The position numbers and the translations under genes were made by a program. From assembly GCA_031553855.1 (NCBI GenBank), contig JAVBKW010000003.1, positions 295 through 64,294 of the forward strand: DNA of 64,000 nt, given 5' to 3'. Below are positions 26,300 to 35,904 of this stretch, piece after piece. Each line of letters starts with the position of its first letter. Position 1 is the first letter of the stretch. The notes below the pieces were generated by a model. That model did no database searches, was not told the origin of the DNA, and saw only the letters and a list, made by a program, of their open reading frames with translations. Origin of the DNA: Eubacteriales bacterium (lineage in GTDB: Bacteria; Bacillota; Clostridia; Christensenellales; Pumilibacteraceae).

Positions 26300-26453
26300 A
26301 TTTTTTATACTATAGGAATTATCGCCGCACGGCGATGCGCTTTTAGCGCAGCACTTTAAAAAAAGTGCAATTCCATCGTGCAGAAAAAGCGGCGCGTATC
26401 GCGCCAGCCGCTAACGCGGCAAAATGCCAAAGGCATTTTAGACGCTTTTTTTA
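26300..26453 (+). repeat. structured intergenic repeat family C, copy 2 (upstream of sbcD)
   Basis: The 68-nt core 26378-26445 differs from 4424-4491 by 1 nt. The 5' part keeps the GGAATT...AATTCC outer stem but has different inner hairpins. Confidence 0.85.
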
Positions 26454-26476
26454 TATCAGTTAAAAAGGGAGTACGA

Positions 26477-27637
26477 ATGAAAATATTACATACGGCGGAC
26501 TGGCATTTGGGAAAAAAGCTGAACGGGGTTTCAAGGCTTTTCGAGCAGGAGCAAATTATAAGTGAGATAGCAGATTTAGCAGAGTCCGAGGGCGTAGACG
26601 TCGTGATTGCGGCGGGCGATATTTTCGATTCGTCGTTTCCATCCGCCGAGGCCGAAGAGCTTTTCTACCGCAGCTGCCTGTCTTTGGGCAGGGGCAGGAT
26701 TTTCATCGCGCTTGCGGGCAATCATGACGACCCCGACAGGCTCTCCGCGCCGTCGGGCCTTGCTAAGGCTCTTAACGTGTTTTTAGTCGGCGGCTACGAC
26801 AATTCGGTTTATACGCGCAAAAATATAAGGGGCGGCGAGGGTTATATTAGTATTGAAAAGGGCGGGGAGGTTTTAAATCTCGCGCTTATGCCGTACCCCC
26901 AGCACTCGCGCCTTTCAGATTCGGGCAACCGCGATAAAAGCTATTGCCGGATAGTCGGCGAAAAGCTGGAAAAAATTTGCGGCTGTTTTAATGAAAACGA
27001 ATACAACGTCTTAGCGTCGCACTTATTTATGACTAAGTCCGGCACAAGCGAATCGCTGGAGCTGACGGACGAACGCGAACTGGGCACCGCTTCCGTTTTG
27101 CCCTCGTCGATACTGCCAAAAGCCGACTATACGGCTCTTGGGCATATACATAAGCCGTTTGCCGTTTCTAACTCCGCAAACGTATTTTACAGCGGAAGCA
27201 TCCTTTCCTACAGCTATGACGATATCGGCGAAAAGTCGGTCGTTATTGCGGAGTTTAAAACGCAAGAGGGCAAAAAGAAAACGCAAATACGGCGGGTCGC
27301 GCTGCGGTCGGGGCGAAGGCTTATGCGCGCAAAGGCCGACGCTTTTTTAAAAGCAATGCAAATACTCAGCGAAAATCCGGACGCATTCGTCGAGCTTGAA
27401 TACTGCGGCACAGAGCCGCTGAAATTGAGCGAGGTGAACGAGCTGAAAAAACAGCCCTCGTTTAATAAGCTTGTGAACAACTACTATGAAAAAGGCGCGG
27501 TGAAAGAGTATAAGCAGCGTACCGACGAGGAGCTTTTCAATGATTTTTATTCGTATAAAAACGGAGAAAAGTCAAAGCCGTCAAAAGAGCTTACCGAAAT
27601 GTTTTTGAAGGTAATGAGCGGGGAGGAAGACGTATGA
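26477..27637 (+). CDS. sbcD: exonuclease SbcD (Mre11-like)
   Basis: MKILHTADWHLGKK.., GDIFD and GNHD motifs. The start is moved to ATG 26477 (SD AAAAAGGGAG) because the track's N-terminal extension lies in repeat C. Confidence 0.9.
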   Translation: MKILHTADWHLGKKLNGVSRLFEQEQIISEIADLAESEGVDVVIAAGDIFDSSFPSAEAEELFYRSCLSLGRGRIFIALAGNHDDPDRLSAPSGLAKALNVFLVGGYDNSVYTRKNIRGGEGYISIEKGGEVLNLALMPYPQHSRLSDSGNRDKSYCRIVGEKLEKICGCFNENEYNVLASHLFMTKSGTSESLELTDERELGTASVLPSSILPKADYTALGHIHKPFAVSNSANVFYSGSILSYSYDDIGEKSVVIAEFKTQEGKKKTQIRRVALRSGRRLMRAKADAFLKAMQILSENPDAFVELEYCGTEPLKLSEVNELKKQPSFNKLVNNYYEKGAVKEYKQRTDEELFNDFYSYKNGEKSKPSKELTEMFLKVMSGEEDV

Positions 27638-30357
27638 GGCCGCTTTTTTTAAGTATCGAGGGCATAAACAGCTTTTCAGACGTTCAGAGTATCGATTTTT
27701 CAGAGTTTTCCGCCGACAATATTTTTTGCGTATGCGGCCCTACGGGTTCGGGCAAAACCACTATTTTAGACTGTATTATCCTTGCCCTTTACGGCGACGG
27801 CGACAGGGGCGATAAGCTTTCCGAATACATTTCGCTGGGGCGCGATAAGGCCGAGATAATTTTCCGTTTTTCCTTTGAGAATAAGACGTGGGAGGTAAGG
27901 CGCGCGTTTACGAAGAAAGGCGCGGCAAAATGCTATCTTTCAGATTTAGACGAAAACAAAATAGTCGCCGACCGACCTGAGTCCGTCACATCCGCCGTTA
28001 AGGATTTGATAGGGCTTGAGCGCAATGAATTTACGCAGGTCGTGATTTTAGAGCAAGGTAAATTTGCTAAGTTTTTGTCGGCAAGGAAGGCGGACAGAAG
28101 CCGAACGGTTTCGCAGCTTTTTTCGCTGGAACGCTACGACGGACTATATAATAAGTTCGCAAAGGTGTACGAAAACTATACAAATAAGGCGGACGGCGTC
28201 GAGAAAGCTTTGGCGGTTTTCGACAACGTTTCCTTAGAGGTTTTAGAAACAAAAATTGCGGATTCGGCGCGCCTTGATAAAGAAGAAAAGGAAGCTAGAA
28301 AATTGTCGGATTCTGCGGCAAAATCGCTTGCGGAGGTTTCGCTGGAGCGGGAAAAGTTTGTGCGCTGTAAGAAGGCTGGGGAGGAGGTTGAGGCCGCTAA
28401 GGGCGGTTTAAAGGCTTTAGAGAGCAAAAAGGAAATACTGGAAGGCAAAAAAGCTCGCTACGCGGCGTCCGCGGAAGCTTATAATGCGGCTGCCGAGTTA
28501 AACGCTAAAGCCAAAGCGCGGCTCAAAGAACTCGAGGCTTTTAAGGGCGAAAAGGAGTATCTGGACAAGCGGCTGCAGGCGTTGGAAACAGCGCGCGCAA
28601 ATAAAAAAGAAACGGAAGAAAAATCAGAAAAGATAAAAAGCGAAGCCGCCGCGCTGCAAAAACAGACCGGCGCAAGCGAAGGGGAGCTTTTTAAGAAAAA
28701 TTACGGAATTTTTAAAGCCGCCGTAGATTTTTCCGCCGCCGCCCACGACGTTAAGGATGCGCTTATTGCGTTTAAAAATACTCTGCAGCTGGATCTGCAT
28801 AAAAAGAGCGCGTGCAGGGATAATTATGTCAAATTCAAAGCGGAGCTTGCGGCGGCGGAGGCTGCTTATAAAACCGCAAACGAGGCATATCTGAATTCAG
28901 ATGCGCTTTTAAGATCTTGCGAGGAGGCTTATGTAAAAGCAGCCGCTAAGAGCGAAGAGAAAACAGCGCTGCGCGATAAGGCGGCAAATGAAAACTCTGC
29001 GGCGCATTTATGTTCTTTTTTAAAGCCCGGCGACGAATGCCCCGTGTGCGGCGGAGTTTTTAAAAATGCAAAAGCGCGCATAAATACCGATTTTGAAAAA
29101 ATAAAGGCCGATGCGGATATAGCGCAGAGCATTTTGAAAAAGGCTCAGGCAGACAGGGAAAAAGCGTCGGCGGCGGCCTCGGGTTTTGGGGCTGCGCTGA
29201 TTGGAGCCGAGGCGGAAACAAAAAGGCTGAAAAACGAAGTTAGTCAGGCCGAGGCGCAGTTCAACTCGCTGCTCACTTACGGCTTAAGCCTTAAGGCGGA
29301 CGAATATAAAGCTTATATTCTGGATGCTGATAACGCTCTGGCTATCACCGAAGAAATCATAAAACTGCAAAAGAAGTCGGAGGATGCGGAAAACTTAAAA
29401 AGGTCGCTTGAAAAGGACGCCGTTTTTCAAAGCGAAAATATAAAAAGCGTTTCGGCGGAAATAGAAAATATCCGCAAAAAACTGACTGTAAAAAACCCCG
29501 ACGAGGAAGAGGCGGCCGCAAGAAAAATTATTGCCGAGTCGCAGGCGGTGTGCGACAAATATATTTTGGACGGCAAGGAAATGGATAAGGAGCAGCACGA
29601 TATTGAAAAGGAGGAGGCTGCACTAAACCTTAAAATAGAAATATTTGCAGAGGATGCGGCAAAATTCATATCCTTTAGCTTTGACGAGGGTAAAGAGGAA
29701 AAGCTCAAAGCCGAAAAAGCGGCGGCGGATGGCCGTCTTAGCCAGGCGGTGCTTAACAAGGGCGCCATAGAGGCCGAAATCTTGCGGCTTAAGGGCGACC
29801 TTGTGAAAAAAGAAAAGCTGGAAAAGGAGCTTTCGTATTTCCGCAAAAAATGCGACCTTGCCTACGAAATACAAAAGCTTATGCGCGGGAACGCGCTTTT
29901 AGAGTATATAGAGGATGAGTATATCCAGCAGTTCACATCCGACGCCTCCGACAAGCTTTTTGAGCTTTCTAACGGAAAGTACAGGCTCGAATATTTTGAA
30001 GAGGACAAAAAAGCCGATTTCTGGGTAGTTGACTATCTGCGCGGCGGCCAAAAGCGCAAGGCAAAAACCCTTTCCGGCGGAGAAACTTTTTTGGCGTCGA
30101 TGTCGCTTGCTATGGCGATATCCAGCCGCATTTCCCTCGTTAAAAGCTACGGCTTTTTCTTTCTCGACGAGGGGTTCGGCACGCTGGACGAAAACACTAT
30201 AGAGGTGGTGGCGGATGCGCTTTATAAGCTTTCAAAGGAAACCTTAGTCGGCGTCGTTTCCCACCGTTCCGAGCTTGTCGAGCGGATACCTGCGCGCGTG
30301 CGCGTCGTACCCTCCAGTGAAGAGAGGGGGAGCGTTATCAGGATCGAGAACGCTTAA
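27634..30357 (+). CDS. sbcC: exonuclease SbcC (Rad50-like SMC ATPase)
   Basis: 907 aa with Walker A GPTGSGKTT, long coiled coils, zinc hook CPVCG, signature LSGGE and Walker B FFLDEGFG. It overlaps the sbcD stop. Confidence 0.9.
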   Translation: MRPLFLSIEGINSFSDVQSIDFSEFSADNIFCVCGPTGSGKTTILDCIILALYGDGDRGDKLSEYISLGRDKAEIIFRFSFENKTWEVRRAFTKKGAAKCYLSDLDENKIVADRPESVTSAVKDLIGLERNEFTQVVILEQGKFAKFLSARKADRSRTVSQLFSLERYDGLYNKFAKVYENYTNKADGVEKALAVFDNVSLEVLETKIADSARLDKEEKEARKLSDSAAKSLAEVSLEREKFVRCKKAGEEVEAAKGGLKALESKKEILEGKKARYAASAEAYNAAAELNAKAKARLKELEAFKGEKEYLDKRLQALETARANKKETEEKSEKIKSEAAALQKQTGASEGELFKKNYGIFKAAVDFSAAAHDVKDALIAFKNTLQLDLHKKSACRDNYVKFKAELAAAEAAYKTANEAYLNSDALLRSCEEAYVKAAAKSEEKTALRDKAANENSAAHLCSFLKPGDECPVCGGVFKNAKARINTDFEKIKADADIAQSILKKAQADREKASAAASGFGAALIGAEAETKRLKNEVSQAEAQFNSLLTYGLSLKADEYKAYILDADNALAITEEIIKLQKKSEDAENLKRSLEKDAVFQSENIKSVSAEIENIRKKLTVKNPDEEEAAARKIIAESQAVCDKYILDGKEMDKEQHDIEKEEAALNLKIEIFAEDAAKFISFSFDEGKEEKLKAEKAAADGRLSQAVLNKGAIEAEILRLKGDLVKKEKLEKELSYFRKKCDLAYEIQKLMRGNALLEYIEDEYIQQFTSDASDKLFELSNGKYRLEYFEEDKKADFWVVDYLRGGQKRKAKTLSGGETFLASMSLAMAISSRISLVKSYGFFFLDEGFGTLDENTIEVVADALYKLSKETLVGVVSHRSELVERIPARVRVVPSSEERGSVIRIENA

Positions 30358-30507
30358 GCGCGGGTGTCTCAGGTAAGGGGTTATATACGGATTTGAGCGT
30401 GATATACGCCGCCGATATTAAAATGCGGCAAATTTCATAATAATGTTTTAGCAATCATTTTGAAATTTTTTACCTGTGTGTTATAATGAAATAAGGAGAG
30501 TAATATT

Positions 30508-31047
30508 GTGACGGAACAAAATGTTATAAGCCTCTTCAGCGAAGAAGAAAAAAGGAACGCGTTCAGGCAAAAGAAACTGATGCTTATAATCTGGTTTACA
30601 GCTTTAGCCGCCGTTTTAGCCTTGGTAATAACGCTTATGGTGCTGAATATTATTAAAATCAACAACGGTTACGACCGTTCCTCTAAAGGCTGGATGACCG
30701 CCGTATCAACTGTAGTTGCCGCGCTTTTTACGATAGGGTCGCTTTTTTTCTTTGCTATCAAGTTCAGGCTGACGCGCAAATACTGCCGTATGCTCAAAGA
30801 TATGGAAAAAGGCCTCAAAGACACGGCAGTAGTCAGGTTTATGCGTTACGAGCAGGATATCGTGTCTAAAGACGGCGTGTTTTTCTACACTATGGTAGTG
30901 GACGCAAAGCCCTTGCGCCGCGAGGATATCAGCGAAAGAAAGGTTTTGATAGAAAGCACTATCGAGCCGCCGGAGTTAAGCGAAGGGCAAAAACTTAAAG
31001 TCACGACGCACGCGAATATTTTGATGTCTTACATTTTGATGAACTGA
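30508..31047 (+). CDS. membrane protein, unknown function (2 TM plus soluble C-terminus)
   Basis: 179 aa with a GTG start. An extended -10 promoter TTGAAA-16-TGTTATAAT is upstream. Confidence 0.6.
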   Translation: MTEQNVISLFSEEEKRNAFRQKKLMLIIWFTALAAVLALVITLMVLNIIKINNGYDRSSKGWMTAVSTVVAALFTIGSLFFFAIKFRLTRKYCRMLKDMEKGLKDTAVVRFMRYEQDIVSKDGVFFYTMVVDAKPLRREDISERKVLIESTIEPPELSEGQKLKVTTHANILMSYILMN

Positions 31048-31094
31048 AATCTTTTAATTATATTTAACGGAACGTGAAGATAATTCATCGTCGC

Positions 31095-31200
31095 ATACGC
31101 TCTACGCTTGTCTTGCCTCGTCGGTTACGTATGTGAAATACGCGCCTCTTCTTCGGCAATCCAACTGTTGCCCGCCTGCGCCGCGACTTATCTTCCACTA
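31095..31200. repeat. repeat family B, diverged third copy (5' of the ACT/UPF0210 operon)
   Basis: Alignable with 21595-21700: TCGGTT..CGTAT-GTGAA-ATACGCGCC..CAACTGTTGCCCGCCTGCGCCGC versus CCGGTTCGGTTTCGTATTAAAAATACGCGCC..CCAGCTGCCCGCCTG... Confidence 0.6.
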
Positions 31201-31235
31201 CTTTTTGTGACAAAAGGAGGTCATGAGTATAAAAA

Positions 31236-31502
31236 ATGAAAGCTATTGTTACGGTTATAGGTAAAGACAAAACAGGAATTATTGCCGCGGTTTCTGCGGA
31301 ATTGTCGGGGCAGGGCGCGAATATCGAGGATATTTCACAGACCATTATGCAAGATTATTTTGTTATGATGATGATGGTGGACATTTCAAAATCCGAAAAA
31401 ATCGCCGTTATTGGTAAAGCTTTGAGCGACCTTGGGCAAAGGATCGGAATAGATATAAGGATACAGCACGAGGACATTTTCAACTCGATGCACCGCATTT
31501 AA
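31236..31502 (+). CDS. ACT-domain protein (UPF0237 family)
   Basis: 88 aa, MKAIVTVIGKDKTGIIAAVS.., in the conserved pairing with the following UPF0210 gene. Confidence 0.85.
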   Translation: MKAIVTVIGKDKTGIIAAVSAELSGQGANIEDISQTIMQDYFVMMMMVDISKSEKIAVIGKALSDLGQRIGIDIRIQHEDIFNSMHRI

Positions 31503-31526
31503 AACAGGAGCTAACGCAGGATTTTC

Positions 31527-32879
31527 ATGCTTAATAAAAACGAAATTTTTGAAACTATACAGATGATCCAGAATCAGAATCTGGACGTGCGCACTATTAC
31601 AATGGCGCTGTCGCTTTTTGATTGTATTACCGATTCCAAAAACGGTACGGCTGAAAAGGTTTACGAAAAGATAGTGGCAAAGGCCGGCCGCCTTGTGGAA
31701 ACCGGCAACGCGCTGGCGCAGGAATACGGCATTCCCATAGTAAATAAGCGCGTCTCCGTTACGCCCATATCGATGATAGGCTCGGCAAGCGGCGGCTATG
31801 AGCAAATTTGCCTTGCCCTCGATAAGGCGGCAAAAACTATCGGGGTGGACTTTATCGGCGGTTATTCGGCTCTTGTAAATAAGGGTATGACTAAAGGCGA
31901 GAGCGATTTTATCGAGTCTATCCCCTCGGCTATTTCAAAAACGCAAAAGGTATGTTCGTCTGTTAACGTAGGCTCCTCAAAAAGCGGTATAAATATGGAC
32001 GCTGTGCGCCTTTTAGGCTTTAAAATAAAGGAGCTTGCCGCCCTTACGGAGAAAAACGGCGGTATAGGCTGCGCAAAGTTCGTCGTATTCTGCAACGCGG
32101 TGGACGATAATCCGTTTATGGCGGGCGCGTTCACAGGCGTCACCGAGGGCGACGGCATTATAAACGTCGGAGTTTCGGGGCCGGGCGTCGTTCAGAGCGC
32201 GATAGAAAAATATCCCGGCGCGGATATCGCGACGCTTGCCGAAATAATCAAAAAAACTGCTTTTAAAATAACGAGGGCAGGCCAGCTTATCGGTACGGAA
32301 GCGGCAAAACGCTTAAATTCCGAGTTCGGCATCGTCGATTTATCTCTTGCTCCTACGCCTAAAGTCGGCGATTCGGTCGCGCATATTTTAGAAGAAATGG
32401 GGCTTGAGAGCGTCGGCGCGCCCGGCACAACGGCCTGCCTTGCAATACTCAACGACGCGGTAAAAAAGGGCGGAGTTATGGCGTCCTCGAGCGTGGGCGG
32501 GCTTTCCGGCGCGTTTATTCCGGTCTCTGAGGATATAGGGATGATAAACGCCGTTAAAAGAGGCGCGCTCACATTAGAAAAACTCGAGGCAATGACGGCG
32601 GTTTGTTCGGTGGGGCTCGATATGATAGCCGTCCCCGGCGATACTCCCGCCTCGACGATAAGCGCGATAATAGCGGACGAGTGCGCGATAGGCATGATAA
32701 ACAACAAAACCACCGCCGTAAGGATAATCCCCGCTCCGGGTTGCAAGGTCGGAGACGCCGTCGAGTTCGGCGGCCTTCTCGGGACTGCGCCCGTTATGGC
32801 GGTAAATCCGTTCTCCGCGGAAAAATTCATCTCACGCGGCGGGAGAGTTCCCGCGCCTATCCACAGCAACAAAAATTGA
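31527..32879 (+). CDS. UPF0210/DUF711 (PFL-like) protein
   Basis: 450 aa, typical of the ACT-UPF0210 gene pair in Firmicutes. Confidence 0.85.
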   Translation: MLNKNEIFETIQMIQNQNLDVRTITMALSLFDCITDSKNGTAEKVYEKIVAKAGRLVETGNALAQEYGIPIVNKRVSVTPISMIGSASGGYEQICLALDKAAKTIGVDFIGGYSALVNKGMTKGESDFIESIPSAISKTQKVCSSVNVGSSKSGINMDAVRLLGFKIKELAALTEKNGGIGCAKFVVFCNAVDDNPFMAGAFTGVTEGDGIINVGVSGPGVVQSAIEKYPGADIATLAEIIKKTAFKITRAGQLIGTEAAKRLNSEFGIVDLSLAPTPKVGDSVAHILEEMGLESVGAPGTTACLAILNDAVKKGGVMASSSVGGLSGAFIPVSEDIGMINAVKRGALTLEKLEAMTAVCSVGLDMIAVPGDTPASTISAIIADECAIGMINNKTTAVRIIPAPGCKVGDAVEFGGLLGTAPVMAVNPFSAEKFISRGGRVPAPIHSNKN

Positions 32880-32981
32880 CATTTTCCGGCTGGGATTAAA
32901 TTGCGAAGGCAAGAAAATTGAATAAAGCGCGGACAAAAGACGATAATTCTTATAAAAAAATAAACAAAGGGACTTTTAATA

Positions 32982-34757
32982 ATGAAAAGAACAGACGTAA
33001 AAATAGAATATAAGTGGAAGCTTGAGGATATTTATCCGGGCCTTGCCGACTGGGAAAGGGAGTTTTCCGAGCTTAACAAAGAAATTGTAAAGGTGCTAAA
33101 GTTCAAGGGCAGGCTATCAGATAAAAATATGCTGATTGAATGCCTTAAATTTAACGACGCTGTAAACTTAAAGCTTGAAAAACTGTATTGCTACGCTATG
33201 TTTTTAAAGGACCAGAACGGCACCGACAACAAGGCGAACGAGGTGCGCTCAAGGGCGGAAACGCTGCTTGTGCAATTCGGTTCGATGTCGTCGTTTATTT
33301 CTCCTGAAATATCGGCAATGGACGAAACGGCTCTTAACAGCTTTATAAACGATCCCGATTTTGCCACCTACGACTATATGCTTAGCGAAGTCATCCGCGG
33401 CAAAAAGCATATATTATCTGAAAAAGAGGAAAATCTTTTAGCGCTGGGCGGTAAGACGTTCGGGGCGTTCCACGACATTTTCGCAAATCTCGACGATATC
33501 GACCTGCCGCTCCCCTATATCAAGGCAGAGGGGAAAAGAGAAAAGCTTACGCACGGAAAATACAGCCTGTTTTTGCAAAGCCCGGATTCATCCGTCCGCA
33601 AAAAAGCGTTTAAAGGAATGTACGGCGCGATCATTTCTATGATCAACACCATAACCGCGACCTACTCTTCTGAAGTCAATAAGAATAATTTTTTGGCAAA
33701 GGTAAGAAACTATGATTCCGCGCTCGATAAGGCGGTTACTTCCCGCAATATACCCGCGGACGTTGTGACAAACCTTATAAAAGAAACCGCTAAAAACCTC
33801 ACTTTTGTTCACGATTATATCGCGCTGCGCAAAAAAGTCATCGGCGCGGAAGTTCTGCATATGTACGATCTGTATTTCCCGATTTTTGAAAATGCGGATA
33901 TCAAATGCAATTATGAAAAGGCTTACGATATGGTTTTAGAGGGCCTAAAGCCTATGGGGCAGGAGTATCTCGGCCTATTAAAACAGGCCAAAGACTCGCG
34001 CTGGATCGACGTTGAAGAAACCGAAAACAAGCGCAGCGGGGCGTACTCGTGCGGCGTTGCCGGAGTCCATCCGTACGTACTTTTGAACTACCACGAAACT
34101 ACGCACGACATCTTCACGATCGCCCACGAAATGGGGCATGCGCTGCACTCGTATTATTCCTCGTCAAGTCAGCCCTACGCAAAAGCCGACTACGCGATTT
34201 TTGTAGCGGAAGTTGCAAGCACGGTGAACGAGGTAATGCTGTTAAAATACCTTATCAAAACCGTTTCGGATAAAAACGTAAAAAAATACCTGCTTTCGTA
34301 CTATCTGGATATGTTCCGCACAACGATGTTCCGCCAGACTATGTTTGCCGAGTTCGAGGCAAAAGCGCACGCCGCCGAAGCCGCCTCTAAACCGCTTACC
34401 GTTGAGAGCTTGTCTAAAATATATCTCGACCTCAATAAGAAATACTACGGGCCCGCCGTTAAGCACGATAAAGAGATACGCTACGAATGGGCAAGGATCC
34501 CGCATTTCTACCGCGCTTTCTACGTCTACCAGTATGCGACGGGAATTGCGAGCGCAGTCAATATCGTAAAGACTATTTTAAGCGAGGGAGAGGGCGCGGT
34601 CACGCGGTACAAAAAGTTCCTTTGCGCGGGCGGCTCAAAATCGCCGTACGAAATACTCAAAGACTGCGGCGTCGATTTGCTTACCTCAAATCCCTACGAC
34701 GTCGCGTTCGGCGAGTTCAGAGATACGCTGGAAGAATTGAAAAAACTCTGCGACTAA
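32982..34757 (+). CDS. pepF: oligoendopeptidase F (M3B)
   Basis: 591 aa with the HEMGH zinc motif (TIAHEMGHALHS). Confidence 0.9.
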   Translation: MKRTDVKIEYKWKLEDIYPGLADWEREFSELNKEIVKVLKFKGRLSDKNMLIECLKFNDAVNLKLEKLYCYAMFLKDQNGTDNKANEVRSRAETLLVQFGSMSSFISPEISAMDETALNSFINDPDFATYDYMLSEVIRGKKHILSEKEENLLALGGKTFGAFHDIFANLDDIDLPLPYIKAEGKREKLTHGKYSLFLQSPDSSVRKKAFKGMYGAIISMINTITATYSSEVNKNNFLAKVRNYDSALDKAVTSRNIPADVVTNLIKETAKNLTFVHDYIALRKKVIGAEVLHMYDLYFPIFENADIKCNYEKAYDMVLEGLKPMGQEYLGLLKQAKDSRWIDVEETENKRSGAYSCGVAGVHPYVLLNYHETTHDIFTIAHEMGHALHSYYSSSSQPYAKADYAIFVAEVASTVNEVMLLKYLIKTVSDKNVKKYLLSYYLDMFRTTMFRQTMFAEFEAKAHAAEAASKPLTVESLSKIYLDLNKKYYGPAVKHDKEIRYEWARIPHFYRAFYVYQYATGIASAVNIVKTILSEGEGAVTRYKKFLCAGGSKSPYEILKDCGVDLLTSNPYDVAFGEFRDTLEELKKLCD

Positions 34758-34859
34758 GGGGCACTGTGAACAAACTCCGTGATTGGAATTTGTACGCTGC
34801 TTTAGCCGGATAAATAATCTCGGAAAAACTCACATAAAATATTTCAAAAGGATATTTGA

Positions 34860-35846
34860 ATGAAAAGAAAAATCGCCGTTTTTATAATGATGATACTTGT
34901 TGTTTCCGTATTTGCCGGATGCGAATCCGGAGTGGAGTTTAAGTACGCCTCCGACGAAGAAAAAAGCTATTATTATATCGATTTTATGTTCGATAACACC
35001 GAGCTTAGCCTTTTGAACGGTTCGAGCGCATTGCGCGTAAGCGACTATCATGTAGACGGCGTTGAAAGCGTAGCGGAAATTTACTGGAAGGTCGAGGACT
35101 ATCTTAAACTGCTTATGGCCAATTTTTCGGGTTTTGAATATCAGGATAAGGACGATGAAACCGACCCTGATCGCACATATTATATGTTTTACAGGGAAAT
35201 GGAAAGGCCGGACGAGGAGCCGGAAGAAGAGGAGAACGACGGACTGCCGGAGGGTTACACTTTAAATAAGGGCCTGTTTATATACACCATAACCGTAGAG
35301 CAGGATAACCCTTTCAACGAAGTCCGTACGGCTTATAACAAGAACGGCGCAAGCGGGATCGATGCGATAGACGTTTTTAAATACGGCGCGTCAAACCCCT
35401 CAAACGGCAAACTGCTGATGCCCTCGTTTTCAGCCGCGTTCCCCGCATTCAGCTATGTCGGCACCGGCGATTTGACGCTCAATTACTTTCTGCAAACCAA
35501 CTCAAAGCTTATAACAGAGTCAAATAAGTTCTTTTATGACTACAACGGCAATAAATATTATCTTTTTGAATCCAGTCTCAACGAGGATAACGGCAAGATA
35601 ACGTTCAAATATTACAGGGCAAATTCGCTGGGCTGGAATATTTTATCGGTAGCGATTGGATTTATTGTTGTGGGCGCGCTGATACTTTTGGCAAAATACG
35701 GCCCCAAAAAAGCTCCGCCGCCGCAAAGATCGCGGTACCGGATATATGAATACAAAAAGCCGGACGCGCCGTTTGGAAGCGATTATGAAAATAAAAACAA
35801 AAACGGGAACGATAAGTCCTCAAATGATCCTTTCGCGGGATATTAA
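34860..35846 (+). CDS. hypothetical lipoprotein-like protein with C-terminal TM anchor
   Basis: 328 aa with signal/lipobox VFAGCES, an acidic stretch and a C-terminal hydrophobic helix plus basic tail. Confidence 0.6.
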   Translation: MKRKIAVFIMMILVVSVFAGCESGVEFKYASDEEKSYYYIDFMFDNTELSLLNGSSALRVSDYHVDGVESVAEIYWKVEDYLKLLMANFSGFEYQDKDDETDPDRTYYMFYREMERPDEEPEEEENDGLPEGYTLNKGLFIYTITVEQDNPFNEVRTAYNKNGASGIDAIDVFKYGASNPSNGKLLMPSFSAAFPAFSYVGTGDLTLNYFLQTNSKLITESNKFFYDYNGNKYYLFESSLNEDNGKITFKYYRANSLGWNILSVAIGFIVVGALILLAKYGPKKAPPPQRSRYRIYEYKKPDAPFGSDYENKNKNGNDKSSNDPFAGY

Positions 35847-35904
35847 AGCAAAAAAATGATCAGACGGGAATATGATGAAATCTTTTAATCTATAAGGAAA
35901 ATAA

